Shown: positions 61,712-64,000 of the stretch, one piece after another
Numbering within the stretch: position 1 is the first letter of the stretch
Layout: every line of letters starts with the position of its first letter
Origin: Tubiluchus corallicola
Lineage: Eukaryota; Animalia; Priapulida
Length of the DNA stretch: 64,000 bases
Reading direction: 5' to 3'
Assembly (NCBI GenBank): GCA_030141605.1
Contig: JAQGDQ010000030.1
Location: 665,171 to 729,170 of the forward strand
Notes under the pieces: generated by a model
Seen by the model: only the letters and a program-made list of their open reading frames with translations
Database searches by the model: none
What the model was told of the DNA's origin: nothing
Program-made: the position numbers and the translations under genes

Positions 61712-62010
61712 CTTTGCCAATACAGTTTCGTTTTGATTTTAGGTAAAATTTAAAGTGTTACTGTATTAGTACACTACAAGATAGTCTATCTGCAAAAACG
61801 GTGCACAACATAAGGAACATACACACATATATGCTTCTAACCCAAGTAGTGCCTATTACCCAAGTATAACCTATTAGAAACACTAGGCAAAAACATTGAA
61901 CAGATGGAGAGTAAACAAAACAAGACTAATGCCCAGTCTGCGCCATCCTTCAAAAGAATGACATTCAAAACATTGAACTCTGTCCACACGATCAGTTTTT
62001 ACTGATAATT

Positions 62011-62216
62011 AAACGGCGTTTACCAGACATCCGGAATGCGTTATGCGTTATTGCGGAAAAATCACTTTGTGTTGTTTTCAATGAAGCTGTTTATTAGACG
62101 TACTTTATTGCGTTATTTTTTCTGCAGCTATTCCTCATTGATTTTTTATACGCAACTGGATACACAATAACGTATAACGCACAACGCATGCCGGATGTCT
62201 GGTAAACGCCGCTTTA
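62011..62216. mobile_element. short MITE with TIRs of about 37 bp (Harbinger/Tourist-like)
   Basis: CGGCGTTTACCAGACATCCGG(A/C)ATGCGTT(A/G)TGCGTTAT is present at both ends in inverted orientation, with TAA/TTA-rich flanks. Confidence 0.85.
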
Positions 62217-63679
62217 CTCTGCACATAGCTATTTGTTGAAGGCGTGTTCAATAATTCATCTCTGAAAATGAAAACAGCTTGTATGAAAACGAGCTTTGTT
62301 TTAGCATGTGTTGCAAAGGAAAAGCGAAATAAAAATAGAACTTCGGCAAAGAAATGAAACAGAAGTTTTTATCAAACACTTCAGCAATAAAAAGCAAAGT
62401 CGCAAATGAATTTTTGAACAATATTTGGATAACACCGTTATCACTTCAATTTTTTGACGGCATGGACTTTTGCAGATTAGTCGTCCCAACACGAGCGAAA
62501 GTTCCTGTACAAGTCTATAGAACTGACGTACGTACTCACGGAAATTTATGTACTTATGCGCTTACAAAGTATAATTTATGCAGTCGACTTTGTTAATAAT
62601 TAGTTGTTTTTAGTGACAGCGCGCCGTTTTACGCACCCACAATAAATGGACTTCTAGCGGAGTTGTCAGCGAACATTATTACTATTGACTGTTCATTCTG
62701 AGACGACTGACACGTTGAAAGTCAAACCTTGATATCGCCAAACTTGAAGACATTCAAATTTCACTGTCATTCTCGGCGTCCACATGGTCATTCAACATTA
62801 ACAAACTAGAGAATGACAGTGTTTTAAATGACCACGTGGATAGCTTATGAATTTGACACATAACAGTTTGTAGACACATTGTAAGAGAACAAAATAAAAA
62901 ACAAAATTTTTTTAAATCATGACTTTTTCAACCCCACCATTCAAATCAAGATAGGGCAGTTTCATCTGATGCCACATGTTGAAGGGCCAAAGATCAAAGT
63001 TCTGCAGCAGAAATTGATTTCCTCTTGTAGCTGACGAATTTTAATTTTTTGCGTGACCTTTTTAAGGAGTACAAGAAGCAACATTTTGGTAATTTGCTCT
63101 ATATGGCAGCCCCAATGTCAACCTGCTGCAAAATGAGTTACTGCGTACAGGACACACGAACAAAGCGCGTCGCGTAAACAGATTCACGATTACGTACGCT
63201 TATGACACATCTATAAATAACTAAATAGGTCTTTAGTTAGAGCGAGCAATTAATTTGTTTTTAAAAACGGTTCTACCAGTCTTTGTGCCCTAAAGACTTG
63301 TTTTCTCTGTTTTGCAAGATTTTCGATAACTTAAGCTTCATAAGCAGCACTTGATTCGCATCGCGTTTTATTAATCCCCACTAAGTAATCTGGATAAAAA
63401 CAACGAAACCGAGAGGGTTTAAGCCTGGAAGTGAACACCAGCTGTTGCATCGAGAAAAGAGTTTGAATTCAACTGGCGGACTTTGTCTAGTTTTTCGTTT
63501 TGCAAGAATATATAATCTTCTTATAATCGTATAATCTTCTTATAATTCAAGTAAGCCAAAGCCATAACAATAGTATCTCAAAAGACGTTCTCCGTTTCTA
63601 TGCGGGTAATATCGATTCCTACTCATTTCGCACAGAAGCCATTTTAATTCCGAGTTACGTAAGACAATTAAATCACTTA

Positions 63680-63928
63680 CATAGTTTCTTTTTCATTCTT
63701 GTCAGCCATGTAATCGCGTTGTATGACCAGAATTAAATTCAAGTACTCCCACAATTCTTGCAAAGTCAAAATGATCAAAGATTCAGAACAGGAATAAGAT
63801 CTTAATCTCTCCTCACATGTAACTCTTACTGGTAATAATACAGTCGTGTATGTACTAATGGATTGATAAACTAGCATCCGCAGGATATGGGCACGCGGTG
63901 GTAACCCATATACGGCTTTATACAACAA
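63680..63928 (-). mobile_element. L2-like LINE remnant
   Basis: LLYKAVYGLPP..I...LRS resembles the YKA.hGLAP.Yi...LRS motif near the L2 ORF2 C-terminus. Confidence 0.45.
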
Positions 63929-64000
63929 AAACCATTAACAACTACACCCGCACAACGGGTTTTTAACAGCTATAATAAGGTAAATTACAGAAAAAAACCC

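Overview
AT-rich, intron-containing eukaryotic DNA from an invertebrate animal. A myohemerythrin-type gene suggests a lophotrochozoan such as an annelid, brachiopod or bryozoan; this is inference only. Splicing exons by hand gives five protein-coding genes and one pseudogene. (1) An SLC6 Na+/Cl- transporter of the creatine/GABA/taurine group, minus strand, 12 exons visible, running off the left edge. (2) A 7-exon gene for an LRR protein with an E/R/K-rich helical tail, minus strand. (3) An intronless 595-aa, probably secreted Cys/Arg/Lys-rich modular protein that I cannot assign to a family, plus strand. (4) A 5-exon VOPP1/WBP1-family single-pass membrane protein, minus strand. (5) A 4-exon myohemerythrin pseudogene, plus strand, which the ORF track almost entirely misses and which keeps a TATA/Inr/GATA/CACCC promoter. 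(6) A small intracellular protein with two I-set Ig domains (DIM-1/twitchin-like), minus strand. Introns and intergenic DNA hold a decayed CR1-type LINE with nested insertions, other LINE remnants, several MITE-like inverted-repeat elements and many simple or compound microsatellites, which account for most ORFs in the supplied track. No rRNA, tRNA or CRISPR array was seen.
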